A stretch of DNA of 60,077 nt, counting the filler, from Perkinsus olseni (lineage: Eukaryota): the NCBI GenBank assembly GCA_013115125.1. It is 3 parts of 3 records of this genome, joined end to end, with 100 filler letters (N's around TTAATTAATTAA, not from the genome) between each part and the next. Parts side by side here need not be neighbours in the genome. Positions count along the whole stretch, not along the records: positions 20,101 to 40,051 come from JABANN010000589.1; 2 more parts are not named here. One strand, 5' to 3'. The notes under the pieces are model-generated. The model was not told where the DNA came from and searched no databases. It saw only the letters and a list, made by a program, of their open reading frames with translations. Made by a program: the position numbers and the translations under genes. Of this stretch, positions 24,436 through 37,623 are shown piece after piece (within the stretch, counting starts at the first letter, position 1; each line of letters opens with the position of its first letter).

Positions 24436-26338
24436 TTAACTTAGATGAGCGAGCACGGTCCAGGTCGCAACCTGCAACCTGTCGCAGGAAAAAAGATATT
24501 CACGAGGAGGGAGGTGGTGGGATGGGGGTCGAGATACCCATCTCCGTCAAAGCGTCCTCGATGGCCCCTGAGGAAAGAGAAATACTCAGCAAGGACCGGT
24601 CGGCCAGGTCGTCCTACCGAGTAGCTCCTGACAGTCGTCCGGTGAAATCCTGCCGATGGTGCCAAGACGAAAGGACAGGCCGCTCGACAACTTGCCCGGG
24701 TAAATGACCAAACCTCTGTCTCCTGCATGAAAAGCAGATGACCCTCCAAACGCATCTTAGGTCGAACCTAGGAACTTATAGAATCGGTCGAAGTCCCAGC
24801 CTGGCATGTGTGAGGGTTGCATGAAAGTGGTGATGATAACCCCTCTGTGCTCTGGTTCGACATAATATTGGAAACCCATCTCCTCCATGCCAGTGCAGAT
24901 GATCTGAAAGAGGACACCTCCGACTCAGCCGACTCAGCCGTGACCCCAGTACATCATAATTCTGCTTGTATCGATCGAACCTGCCCTCTACCCCTCCCTC
25001 GGACTCCCATTCCTGCAAGGCTTCATTGAAGGCCATGATGACTTGGGTGGGAGGCGTGAACCGGAATTGTCCTGGCGTGCAGACTCACTGTCCATCACCG
25101 GACGATGGGCCTACCTGTGGTCTCGAGGCCCTTCCATTGGGCGAAGAGGTCGAGACAGAAGCTTCGTGCGTTCCCCTCGGCAGCCACCAGACTTGAACGC
25201 TTACACAGGGCAAAACAGAAGCCGGGGACGCCTTCGATGCACTTGTTGGCGCTCGAGATGGCGTAACTGGGACATGGAAAGTGATATGGAAGGGCAGACA
25301 ATAGTCGGGTCACCTGACGTTCCAGGCTTTGACGGGGAGGTCATAGGCACCCATGCTCGACATCGCGTCCACCACCAGCTCAACTTTGGGATACTTTCCC
25401 GCTAAAAACTCACCGACACTCTCGACGTCGTTCACGATACCTGACCGAATGGTACGTGCAGAGCCAGGCAAGCAGCAGAGTTGATCAACTCCAGCGGCGA
25501 AGGTGGTTGAGGAAAGGTCACTCACCAGCAGTAGTCTCATGATGCACCATGCCCACATGCGTGAAGGAGGGGTCCTCCCCGAGAGCCTCCTCCAGAGCCG
25601 CTACGTCCACGGGCTTCCGGTCAGTGAACTGAGGTGAAGGAAGGCCCGTTAAGGCCAGTAAGAAGGTGCTACGAGTACGTCTATCAATTTGTACTCTATC
25701 CCGAGGTAGTGGCAGATCTGAGCTTGACGCTGACCGTACCTGAGTTCGAACTAGTAGTGACCAGCAGCACTAGGCCCCGTCAAGCTGCTACGCTCCGTTG
25801 GCCAGGATGAGGATCTTCCCTCCCCTCGGGATGGCCGTGCCGAGGACTGCCTCGATACCGTGGGTACCAGCGCCCTGTACTATGACGCACTGAGGAAGAA
25901 GGCCCGATTCACTCAAGTCGAAAGACCCAAGGTTGACCCTAGTACTTCATAGCCTTCCTCCTTAGAGACTCCTCCCAGCGCCAGTAGACGATTTCGAATG
26001 CCAACAACAACATCTGTGAACCTGACGGGCCCTCGTCCAACCAACTCACAACCAGCCTCGAGCTCACCTCGTGTCCCTACTGCCCAGATCAACAAGCATC
26101 GCTTCCTTCACCCTCGCTGTGGTCGTCAGAGGCCCTGGTGTAAACAGCAGCGGTACCTCCCTCTTCCGCGTTGCCGTTGCGAAGGAGGACGCGGACTTCG
26201 AGTGCTTGGCCGCCTGAGACGACCGTACCGATGCGTGAGTGGAAATGTGTATATTACCCCAGCCAATGCACACCCATTCTGAAGAGAAGATGTTGCCGCT
26301 ATCCTAACCAGGTTGGGGGACTGCGACGTAGGGAGCAT
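24436..26338 (-). CDS. phnW: 2-aminoethylphosphonate--pyruvate transaminase (class V PLP enzyme), multi-exon
   Basis: [72 protein letters not shown] (PLP lysine), [10 protein letters not shown] and VIYPGKL...FRLGTIG are all PhnW-typical. Confidence 0.92.
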
Positions 26339-27028
26339 GCCCGAGGGGGACTGCACGGAAGAAAACTGAAGATCGATCGCCCTTGGTTGAAAAAGATTCT
26401 GATGCTCAATAGTTTCATCAACATAACACCGAGACGAGACCGTTGGTCGCTCCGTCGTCTACGGCATCGACGCTGTGGGCTGCCGACAGAGGCGGGAGAG
26501 GCTGACGCTAGTAGACGCTAGAGGGGCCCGGTGATGATTACACAGCTAGAGGTGTCAGTAAATTGGTTACTAGCTTGATTCGGGTGCATCACCGCTCTGA
26601 CCGCGGCACAGTAAGGCCTCTCGTCATTCTCAGCCGGTCGCCGCGACTTGGCCCTCCCTACTCAACTCGCCTTGGCCATGCTACTACAATCTGCCGCCTC
26701 CGCCTCCACGACTGCAGAGGTGGCCGCCCTAGCAACAACGGAGCAGCAGCCCGTACAAGCCTGCACTAGCGAGGATAGCCACGACCACCACGCTACTACT
26801 CGTAGACGAGTCCTTCATCACGGACCCCCCTATATGAAGACCCCCTGGCCGCCGGTCATTGACATCAACCCCCAATGCTTCCCATGACCCCTGTGCTGTT
26901 GTCACAAGTAAAACGCTTAGTGGTCGAGGAAAGTCTCTATGACCGGAGCTTAACATCATCAGAACACAGAAATGACGAGAGTTACCAAATTTATGGTATG
27001 TCGAAAGAATTCATCGCGAATAGAAGAA

Positions 27029-28551
27029 TCAGTTGATGTCTATCATGCACTTGTTAGTCGAACGGCCGTCTCTACCAACGCCCGCGCTGCAGTCTTCGAA
27101 GGCTTGCAGGACCTCGTCATTGTTGAAGTGGTACCTGATGGCCAGGATGCCCCTCCTTCAGGAGAGGAGGTGCCACTACTACCTGTGAGTGACGAGCTGC
27201 TTTACGTCCACTTTGCCCTTGCTGATCATGTCGATACATGTCGGGTAGGTATTACGGAATCTGAAAGGACGCCGATCATGAATTCGGCCTCTGTTACCGT
27301 CTGACGTGTACTACCTGAAGGTGCCTCTGATATCCACTTCCCGTATGAGGGCATCAACCACCGGCAACTCCATCTCCACAGCACCAATACCAACCATCGC
27401 TACACGGCCCCCTAAGAAGAGAAGACGATGGTCTTCGACACCCACCAGCCGGTGGCTCCAGTCGCCTACCAGACTGAGTCGCCTTGATGCAGGACGACAT
27501 CGCATCCTGTGCTCCCGTAGTGTCGACGGAGCAGTTGGCAGGCCCCTCTAGGGTATCCCTGACGTCACGGTTGAATTCCACTGATAGGAGTGTCCGGAGA
27601 TTACCGTATTTTCTCAGCGACTTGCGTGTAGTCACCAGCGCCCTTGACGTTGAGGACCTCAGCTTGGGGACAGGCGTCGACGATCCTTTGCAGCTTGTCA
27701 CTGTGGTGACCGCAGACCAGGACCCTGGCCGCACCCAGGGCGAAGGACACCATCGCCGACATAGTGCCTGAGGAGCACGCTGGTCGGGGAGGAGGGGTTG
27801 ACGAGGGTACTACCAATAGGGCCATCACCAAACACAAGGACCTTGTCTCCGGCCTTGACCTCGGCTCGGTCCTTGCAGCCATAGGTGGCCACGGCTAGGG
27901 GCTCACACATCACGCCCTGAGGGAGATGGTGCCGTTACAGCAGACGACGGTGATGATACCTCTTCAAGGGAGACATTTTCGGGCAACTTGAAACAGAGTG
28001 AGGCCGGATGGCGGACGTATCGCGTCAAGCAGCCATTGTTCGGAGGAGTTCCGAAGCACCTGCAGTGGAGACCTTTGCTGCACAGACGAAGCCAGCGGCC
28101 GCCTACTACTTGATGTCGGGGCAGAGGTTGTACTTGCCGGACTTGCACAGGTCGCAGTGGCCACAGGGGACTGCTGGCTCGAGGGCAACTCTATCACCAA
28201 CCTGGGAATAAAAAATCAACAGCCCCATCCACCCCGATGGCAAGCTCACCTGAAGGCCGCTGACACCCTCTCCGAGCTGTTCGATGACGCCGGCGCCTTC
28301 ATGGCCGATGACCATCGGGGACCTCACGACCTGCAAGATCCCCAGCAGGTGGCTCGGGAAGAGGACTGGAATTTCGCACTTACGTAACCACCAACCGCGC
28401 CGTTCTTGTAGAAGTGGACGTCCGAGCCACAGATACCAACTTTTTCAACTCTAATGAGACACTCTCCCTTCTGCGGGCTGCCAGGCATGGGGATGTCCCC
28501 CATGGACATGTCACCGCGACCTCTTATGATCATGCCCTTATTGCCGGCCAT
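27029..28551 (-). CDS. Zn-dependent polyol (sorbitol/xylitol) dehydrogenase, paralog A
   Basis: GICGSDVHFY, PMVIGHEGAG, GDRVALEPAVPCGHCDLCKSGKYNLCPD, CEPLAVA, VFGDGPIG, REVDIRGTFRFRNTYP. TGA at 27029-27031. Confidence 0.92.
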
Positions 28552-29549
28552 TGGAGTGAAGTGACGAGGAGGGAAGATCATCGGCGATGCTCGTCGCGCC
28601 CAACTCGCTTGTTGAGTGCTGGTGACTAGTGATCTCGCACAGGATACCTAGAAGCGGCAAAGACTGCTTCGGTCGTGACTCCGTTCCCTCGCCTACTCCT
28701 GCGAGCGCTGCAAGCCTACTGTAGATCTTGGGGGCCGCTGCTGCTGTGAGGAGGGTTTGTGAAGATGAAAGCATCTCTTAAGAACAGTGAAGGAAAGCTT
28801 CTGAGTTCGAATGAAACCCAGAGGGTAGCCATCTGCTTCTTCCCCACTTGCCTCCCACAAAGCCCCGCAGAACTGAGAGCATCTAAGGAGAACGTCTGGC
28901 CAAGCTGGTACTATGGGAGAAGTAGCAGGAAAACTACGGCAAAGGGCAATACGGCGGGGGGAGGGGTACTACGCTCCTTTCAGCAAAGAGCGTTTACGGC
29001 TGCCCGCCCGCGAAGGACCGCGAGCGTACAGGGATGATGGGCCGGGCAGGTCCGGTCAGAGTACCATCACTTGTGCGCATTAGGGGACAGCAGCTTTGTG
29101 TGGCGGCTGGCGGGTCCGGCGGGAAGTCTCGTTATCGGGCCTGAGTCCCCTTGCTAGCTACTAACCTGACGAACCCTAAAGGACGGTAGGAGAGGGCACA
29201 ACTTAGTATCCTAGACTGTAGTGACACATCTATTCGAAGCAGTACCATAACTCCCACTACTCAAAGGGAGAGCTACTTTGGGCGTCGGCTGATGGAACGA
29301 GAAGACCTTCTCCAACTTCCATTCGTTGGAGCTCCTCTTATACGAAATTCCCAACGGTCCAGTATCGCAAGCGGGAGTTGAGGAAGTTGACTACGAACAC
29401 CCACGCCCAAAATAGCCCACATCAGAGGGATATCTTCCTGCATCCTGCCCACAAGAAGACCACTGAAATCGACTCCTCATCGTACGGATGTGAAACACTA
29501 GAAACTTGATAATGAATAAATCATCAGCACCGCAGGCGCAGCAGGCCTA

Positions 29550-31365
29550 TCACTGTATATCGATCATGCACTTGATAGTACTGCGACCGTCTCTGCCGAC
29601 ACCTCTGCGGCAGTCTTCGAAGGCCTGGAGGACATCATCATTTGTGAAGGCGTACCTGATGACGACCACCCATGCCACTCGGTGGTCCTGCACATTCGAA
29701 GCGTATCCGCACGATTGGACGTCTCAGACCGCTATATAGAACTACAGGACCCCTAGCAGTCCACCCTAAGTAATTCCCATCAGTGTCCGGCGGTGGTTCT
29801 AGTGCACCTTAGCTGCTCTCAGACCAGTCAGATCGAGCGATGGTGACGGCACGTGTAAGTCATGACTCATGACAATGACGAGGGCTTACTTGTGAGTTAT
29901 CAAAGGCATAACATTGACCTTCTTGCTGCTGATCAACTCGATACAGGTAGGGTAGGTATTCCGGTACCTACCCCAGGCAGCAGACATGTCCCATCCAACG
30001 GACAGCGACCAAGGCCCACCTGAAGACCCCCTTGACGTCAACTTCTCTAACAGAGGCATTGAGGATGGGCAGGGTCATGTCAGGTGCTCCCATCCCGACC
30101 AGGCATACCACACCACCCGATTTCGTAACCTTGATGGCCGTCTGTACGGCCGGCTGAGCCCCACTGCAGTCGATTGCGCAGTCTGCTGACGAGCCGATCG
30201 TCTCCCTGTGGACAGGAGAAATTTCCCGAGGTCGTCGTTAAGAGAAGGTAGTACTTCAGGTGGTGAGCAACCTCATCAGCGGTACCCAAACGACTGGTGT
30301 CAAGTACTTCCACCTGCGGACAAAGCCCCTTCACCTTCTCCAGTCTTGCCTTGTCCACGTCACATACTACAACAGTCGAAGCCCCCACCCCGTGGGCCAC
30401 CATAGCGGTCATTGTACCTTACCAAGACAAGCACTAGCAGACCGACCCAATCCGCGTCACCATCAAGCGAGACAGAGGAGTGCTAAGGGAGTTCGTTATT
30501 ACCAACAGGCCCGGCGCCGAAGACAACAACCTTGTAGCCCTCCTTGACCTCAGCCTTGCTCTCACAGGCGTACACTGCCACCGACAAAGGCTCACACATG
30601 GCACCCTACGAGATGGAGGACTACCAACTTCCCACCCCTACCAACCCTACCTCCTCCAGTGTCATACTCTCAGGCAGCTTGAAGCAGAACCTCGCTGGGT
30701 GGATGACGAAGTTACTAAGACAGCCATCCACGGGAGGGGTGGCGAAGAACCTGAACCGAGCGCATCACGATCTGACGGTCCTCAGCACTACTACCTGACG
30801 TCCGGACAGAGGTTGTACTTACCACTCTTGCACAGGTCGCATTGGCCACAAGGGACGCCCGGCTCCATGGCCACCTTGTCACCAACCTGAGCAGCAAGGA
30901 GATGACCAGCTCTCTATTCTTTCCTATAAGACTTAACGAGGAGCGTAGCCAGGCCAGCAGTTCCCCTCGATGGTGGCACGTCAGTAGCCACAAGACAACA
31001 GCAGCGAAAACTCAATCGTAACCAACCCTCCCATCATCAGCCGCTAGCGTACCTCAACATTGGTCACACCATCACCAACAGCTTCGACGATACCCGCCGC
31101 CTCATGTCCGATCACCATCGGCGACCTCACAATCTAAGGACCAAACTACATCTAGTGGGGGCCAAGTCCAAGCCACCTCTCAGCCTACGAAGTCCCCAAT
31201 CCGGCCATTCTTGAGGTAGTGGACGTCCGAGCCGCAGATCCCGCATGCCTTCACGCGCACTAGACACTCCCCCGCAGCAGGGGCCGTCGTGATAGGCCTC
31301 GACTCGAACGACATGTCGTCCACTTTACGCAATACCATCGCCTTGTTCTCTTCTGGAGTCACCAT
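29550..31365 (-). CDS. Zn-dependent polyol (sorbitol/xylitol) dehydrogenase, paralog B
   Basis: GICGSDVHYL, PMVIGHEAAG, EPGVPCGQCDLCKSGKYNLCPDVRFFATPPVDG, VFGAGP, VVCDVDKARL, REVDVKGVFRYRNTYP. Several intron positions are shared with paralog A. Confidence 0.92.
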
Positions 31366-31911
31366 TCTTGAGAAAATTACCAACTACCGAATACCTTCTA
31401 GGAGCTCTAAAAACCACACTCATTGCGACTAGCGCCGCAGCAAAATCCCTAGGGAGACAGATCTTGTGCAACACCCCCCCTGGTTACAACTACAACTCAA
31501 CCTTTCATCCGTGTAAAAGCAGCACAGCATTTGAGTACGACAGAGGTAAGCTACGGCCATTGTCGGCCATGCTGGACTCGACGACGACTATTATGACCAA
31601 CACAACGGAATGCCGCTGCTCCCATAGTAGCAGCCGAAATCTTACCTCCAATCGAGATGGAAAGAAAACGGAAAATAATAACTTGAAAATGAGAACGGAT
31701 AAATATCACCATGAGCAAGCAGCTGATGATCAGCTCGCTTGCCGTGGATCAACAGCAGCGGCGCTACTGTCAATAATAATACTTGCTAACCACCATTTAA
31801 AATTCGGTGTTGTTGTTGTTGTCGAGGGCGAGTAATGGATTTACCGTTACCGCCAGAGCATGCCAAGTCGGCCTAGTGGTGAAGCATGGTTCACCCTCAA
31901 TGGCAGGCCAG

Positions 31912-32849
31912 CTAATCCAGATTGTGGAATCTAGTAGTACTAAAAGGGAGTTGGTGGGACTCGCTGGTGCTACTGCTACTGCAGTCTTGCACGAACAATC
32001 CACCAACGTCATCTTCTCCCGTCCCGTCATGGAGCTCGAGAAGCTCTCGCAGTAATGACAACTTAGTCGGAGACAACAAGAGCTCATCAGAGTTCTCAGG
32101 AAGGACAAATTCGACGTTCGATGATGCTTGGGCGGGGTCCGTAGGAGCCGCCGTGGGCTCCTGAGGCGAGGAAGCCTCCCGACGATTCGCGGGGTCAGGA
32201 CCCAGCTCGTCCGCTACTAACTCAGCCAGTTGAGACAGTACCTACAGCGCCGACGGGTGATGGGGAATGGCCAGCGGCGAGGAGCTCACGTCATTCAGCG
32301 CTGCCGCCTCTGCCTCTCTGTCAAGGGCGCTCTGGCTGTCGTCTGCTGCTACTTCCGTCCACACATTCAGCGACTCGCTGTGGGCATCAACTTCGCTGCT
32401 TTCCGTCACGAGGTGCTCAGGCCGCAGTTGATGGTACCATGGCGCCTTCGAGTGGCTGCCCTCGGACGATTCCGCAGAGTACCCGAAACTACCAGCGGCG
32501 CCGCCCTCGGCGACAGGGGTCATCACAGAGGCCATGCTGTTGCTGCTACTACTGGCATGAGTAGGCGACGACTGAAGCACAACTCCATCAACCGACGCCG
32601 CGTTGATCATTAACCCTACTTGATACTCGTAGTGGTCACTGACATTCTCACCAGCCAAAGCAGCAGGAGGGAGATGTAGGAGGAGCCCACTGGATGATTT
32701 GGTACGATTGTGTTGGTATGATTCTTGCGGTGGCAGACGGCGTGACCGCGACCATGCGGCCACAACCTTGACGGAAGGTCATCCTCCCGACACCATCAGT
32801 CCCGTCCGCCTACCTCATCCGTCAAAGGTTCTGTCGGTATGATGAGACC
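31912..32849 (-). CDS. Hypothetical Ser/Glu-rich, low-complexity protein
   Basis: Long stop-free acidic stretches (ORF 32242-32763 and a continuation ELVADELGPDPANRRE...LLRELLELHDG). No family recognised and boundaries are uncertain. Confidence 0.35.
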
Positions 32850-33439
32850 CTCCGCCGGGCGAATGAGTAGCTGCGAGGTGGGCTCCTCCGACCCTCTTGG
32901 ATACATCCATGGTGTCGACCCGCAGGTACGAACCAACTGAACCACAACAAGGTGGACAGAACGACGTGAATGTTAAACTCTTCAGCTGAGGACTTCCCCC
33001 TCAGCCTGTAAAGAGTAAAAAAAATAATACTTAAATTCCTAGTGATAAAAATGATAGATTTTTACCGAGCATAATATATATCATTACTAACCTATTTCCT
33101 AGTATATACAAAACCCAGTGATGAGCAGACAACAGCCACTACAATGCCTGATGAGCACACTTCCTCAAAACCCCACGACCACCCCCTAGCGAAGGGCCGT
33201 GTAGACAGAACCAGTGAAAGCGTCAAGACTCCACCTCAACGGTATCCTGCAGCTCCGGTCTGGCCATTAGGTCAGAGAGTCTGCTCTCTCCAAATTTAGT
33301 TTCCGACAGCTGCCGATGGCAGTACTGTGAGATCATGTTTTTTATCCGACCTGATGACACAGGCACAGGTTCGATCCCTGGCAGAGGCGTTTTTCCCTAC
33401 ACATGCTGATCGAGCCCGAGGTCTCTATCTGGAAGATAA

Positions 33440-34965
33440 CCCTCAAACAGAACTTGAGCTCATCAAGATTTGCAATGAAGGGTCCACCGTCACGCTGGTA
33501 TCTGCCACAACATAACCAATCGACGTAGGTGGTGGTGGATGTAGCGAAGGGAATCTTATCAACAACCGCCGCACACAAAAGAATACACAAGTGCCTCGTC
33601 GATAGCGAAGCACTCGACCGAAGCGTTGAGATCTTCTCACTCGGACACCTTTCAGATTTTACCCAACCATACCCCAGAATGAGCTTGATAGTGACCAGAG
33701 GGCGGGTCAAAAACACCGCCGTCACATACAAATCAACAGACGCTAACAACAATGATCGAACGGAATTCCCGGCACTACAGTTTAGAGTCTTCGGAAGGCT
33801 TCCGTTGCTGACTTCGTATAACCTTCTGAGCGGCCTGTGGCGGCCGAATCGACTTGTCCTCGTCAAACATGAGGAGGTTATGTCTGCCGATAATTAATTC
33901 AACCAGCCCTCGGTCCACGGTCGCCTACTTGCTCATCGCCAGCTGCACGACGTTGATGAGATGGCCCATAGTGAGTCCTTCGAAGAAGGCCAGCTTCCGG
34001 GCTTCTAACGCGTGCGCACAGGAGTATCTTCCCTTGGGAAAGATATACCTGACAAACCGACCGGTGATCAGAATACTACCAGGGTCACACTCGTACAGAT
34101 CGCGGCGGCCATCTTGCAGGGCCTTGTCGAGGTACCCTCTGAACTCATCCCACATCCTCCTTTCATAAATGTCATCAGCATGGGGGCTGACGAAGTAGAA
34201 GGAACCTAGAAGGAGCAGCAGCAGGTGAGATTTCGTAGCAAACACAAGGAAGCCGTTCAATTTCTGATGGGCAAAAGCGATACCACACCATTCGCAAATC
34301 CTGTCCCTCCCACCTTCAAATGTGGGGGAAATGACGGGAGTCTCCCGGAAGAGAACACAACAGTTTTGACCGTTCTTCGTTATTCTAGCGAAGATTGCCT
34401 GACCGACAGCAACTTACGGCGAGTCGCGTGGACGACAGACCCACCTCTAACGCTACTGCGTCGGGAGCGGCGTGGTCTACTATCAAAGGAAAAGGACTGG
34501 CTTCTCGGTAGGTATGTGTGACGCGCGGATCGGCTATGACTGCATATCTGAAGCAGAGGCACTCTCCAGCCATGGTAGACAGAGGAGTTCGGGAAGGAGT
34601 GGTATGGAAGAATACACCCCAGCCACTCACTTGTTTGACTGTGAAGGTGCTGCATAATATTGTATCATCCTGGTCATACCCTTCTCCAGTGAGGGTGAGC
34701 TAACCCATGTGTTCTTCCTATTACCGCTGTGCAGCAGATGATGGCTGCCCGATTTACTCAGGACAATCTCCGCTACGCGATGCTTGATATTATGCAACTA
34801 ACAAGAAGGGAAAGAAGGATACCACCGCAAACAGCAGCAGCAGGCGTTGCTGTTAGTACGTCGGGAAATATTCGCTGCTCGTAAAGACCGTGTATTAGCT
34901 TGTCACAGAACCTAGCCAGATCGCCACTGCCCGCCGGAGGGATGCCGTACTCCAACAACGCCGTC
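33440..34965 (-). CDS. Hypothetical protein, multi-exon
   Basis: Protein-like exons LLEYGIPPAGSGDLARFCDKLIHGLYEQRIFPDVL and IYERRMWDEFRGYLDKALQDGRRDLYECDPGSILITGRFVRY. Boundaries are uncertain. Confidence 0.4.
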
Positions 34966-35877
34966 CGCTCGTGACCACCACCACCTGCTCACAAGATACT
35001 CCAAGATATCTTCACCATAGGTTAACCTCTGCACACCACGTATCTTTTACTATATACACTATAGTGTTCCTACAAGTACCCCGGCATGCCTTCGAGCGAT
35101 TATCCCCGAAAATCTCCACTTCTTACGACCACCAGCTACCGTCAATGACCACATTCCGCCAACATCATACCAAAACAACACGAGATCGCGGTGCTCACTG
35201 GCCGAGAGGCAATAGATCCAGTAGTAATAGGATAAGTCTGGTTAGTACCGCAGTAGTGGGATATCGAAGTTAACAACAGCCACAAAGGACGCTGCCGTGC
35301 GTTTCAAAAAACGAAGCTGGCATGAGCTCACCTCGTCCTCGAGAGCCTCGGTAGTGCGTCGGTGACGAGTAATATCCTGAATGATTCGATGAGCCTGATG
35401 AAGCAGCACGCATGATGGTCCGGCAGTGCTCAGCTCACTTTGCGTTGATAACGCCATTCGCTTCTCAGCGCTGCTGTTCGACCGAAACCGAAGACCAAAC
35501 TAGACCAGAACTGTTCAGGTGGAGGGGGGCCGATCACAGTCCGACCACCACCGGAAAAAAGCCAACTGGAACGGCTTCTCTTCTTCCAATATCAGTGACA
35601 ACAAAACACGATTAGATTTCAATGGTAATAGCAGTGGATACACAAAGCAGCAGCAGACGAGGCGGACGTGACCACACAATAGTGGCCATAAGTACTAGTA
35701 CTAGTAGTAGCAGTAATAATAAGCAGCCATCAACCTCATCCATCCTCTAAGATACCCTTCAAGAATCTTTCAAAATATCTTCACCGGCCATGGCTCGATA
35801 CCTGAGCCAAAGACAAGCCTTGGTGCATAGGGAGTCGGTCATCGCAGTGATGAAGGTACCTTCTGTAAGGACGACGC

Positions 35878-37623
35878 TCAGGCGTAGTTAACGTGGATTC
35901 TTCGGCCGTTCATATCGCCACCGTCGTAAAGCTCAACTGCCTGCCTGGCACCGCTGGGGTCTGCAAAAAGCACCAAAAGGAATATCATCATAGTAACTCG
36001 CAGTTCATGTATGCGTTAATAGGAAGTTCAAGTAGAGGAAGACCAGAAGGTCGTGGGTTCAATTCCCACAGGTGATAATATATATATCAAATGCTCTGCA
36101 TGTGCTTGTCGATACCCAACAGGAATATCTTCCAAGATCTCATCAGAAAGCTGATGATAGCTGAAGCTGAATTCACTTGGCAAAAGCCAATACAGTGGGT
36201 CAAGTCTTACAGCAATAACAACACTTCAACCTAATCTTCCGCAGGAATTTTTTGCCGCTCTCACAGCTTCAACCAATGTCTCTTAATCCGTATCAAGGGG
36301 GGCAATCAGCGGCGCTTTATTAAAGCATAATAACCGTGATGATAGAACAAGACCTATTGCCTTTCTACACGACGACGACGACGACGACGACGATGTTAAT
36401 GAGGAGGTCAAGTCTTGACGAGTCGAGAGTCCAGTGGTAGTAGTAGCAGAAAATAGCCGCCCAGAATCGAGATCCGCCTCGGTACCGGAGAATGTCAAGT
36501 TGGCGCTAGCGCCCTTGGGTCCTGATGAGTCAACTTCGCAGTGGACGACGGTTCCAACACTCGAAAAGGCCTGCTTGATCTCGCGCCAGGTAAGGTCGTA
36601 TGGTATGTTGGTGACCACGACTCTTCTCCTGCTACCACCACCGCTGTTGCCAGCTCCTCCCCTTGACTGCTGTTGAGCCGCTGAGGCGTTGTTGTTATTG
36701 TTCTGCTGCCTGTAACCAGTGTCGTTTCTAGCATAGTAAGAGCCGCTGTTGTTGTTGTTATCGTAGTCGTTACCGCCACGGTTATCATGTTGATTCCAAG
36801 ATTGATTGCCCCCTCTGCTGTTGTTGTTGCCGCCCCAACTGTTGTTGTTGTTGTTGCCGCCCCAAGATCCGCCCCAACTCTTGTTGTTGTTGTTGGAGTT
36901 GCCGCCGTAGTAATAGCTGCTCTTCCCCTGGTTACGATACCCCCCTCCTTGTTGCCAGTTCTTGCCACCACTGCCATACGAAGACGACTGCTGCTGCTGC
37001 TGTTGCTGCCATTGGCCACGATTGTTGTTGTAGTTAGCCGGAGACTTGTTGTAGGGTTGGGCCGCGACCTTCATGTTAGGACCACGACTCTTACGAATTG
37101 GACCGGAAGTCTTCTTGCCACCGTCACCACCACCAGCCGCGGAAGTCCGAGCTGGACGCTTGGGCCTGACCAAATACGAATTCTCAGCACGCAGGCACAA
37201 CAAAGATAAATAGCCTCTAAAATAACGAAGTTCGCCTCACTAACGCACAGTTCACTGGAAGATAAGAGTAGACGCTGATGAAAAGCTCGCTCGAAGTGAG
37301 GGCGGGACGAGTTAATAAATAATAAACAGCACGCATGCACAAGGAGGCCTACCACTGAGGAAACATCCCCTTGGCCCTTGAGGGGACCCGAAGGGGTCTT
37401 TTGCGTGCACCCATAGCAACTACAAGGAATCCTCGCGCGAAGTCGATTATGGGATGCCAATTGACTCCAAAATCAGCCCAAACTGCTACCGAATCCAAAG
37501 ATTCCTTCCGACGCGCTCATTCTATTTGAAGCCATGATCGACCTTGGATACCCCCCATTACTTCTCAGCAGCCACGATGTCGTCCAAGGACATAGTGAGC
37601 TTCTTCTCAACGTCAATGGTCAT
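35878..37623 (-). CDS. ALY/REF/Yra1-like RNA-binding protein: N-terminal UAP56-binding-type motif, N/G/Q/Y-rich region, C-terminal RRM
   Basis: Exon 1 reads MTIDVEKKLTMSLDDIVAAEK (LDMSLDDII-like). The RRM RRVVVTNIPYDLTWREIKQAFSSVGTVVHCEV...ANLTFS is completed after a ~525-nt intron by DPSGARQAVELYDGGDMNGRRIHVNYA*. Confidence 0.8.
36369..36393. repeat. (GAC)n microsatellite in an intron
   Basis: acgacgacgacgacgacgacgacga. Confidence 0.85.

Noticed and set aside
36120-36180. Box C/D snoRNA in the long intron of the ALY-like gene
   Set aside because: TGATGA/CTGA-like words occur, but I could not identify a correctly oriented pair with a terminal stem and guide.
36283-36486. C-terminal extension of ORF 36283-37203 (GTEADLDSG...SSSSSS)
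   Set aside because: This is intron read-through. The RRM is completed properly by the exon at 35878-35960.
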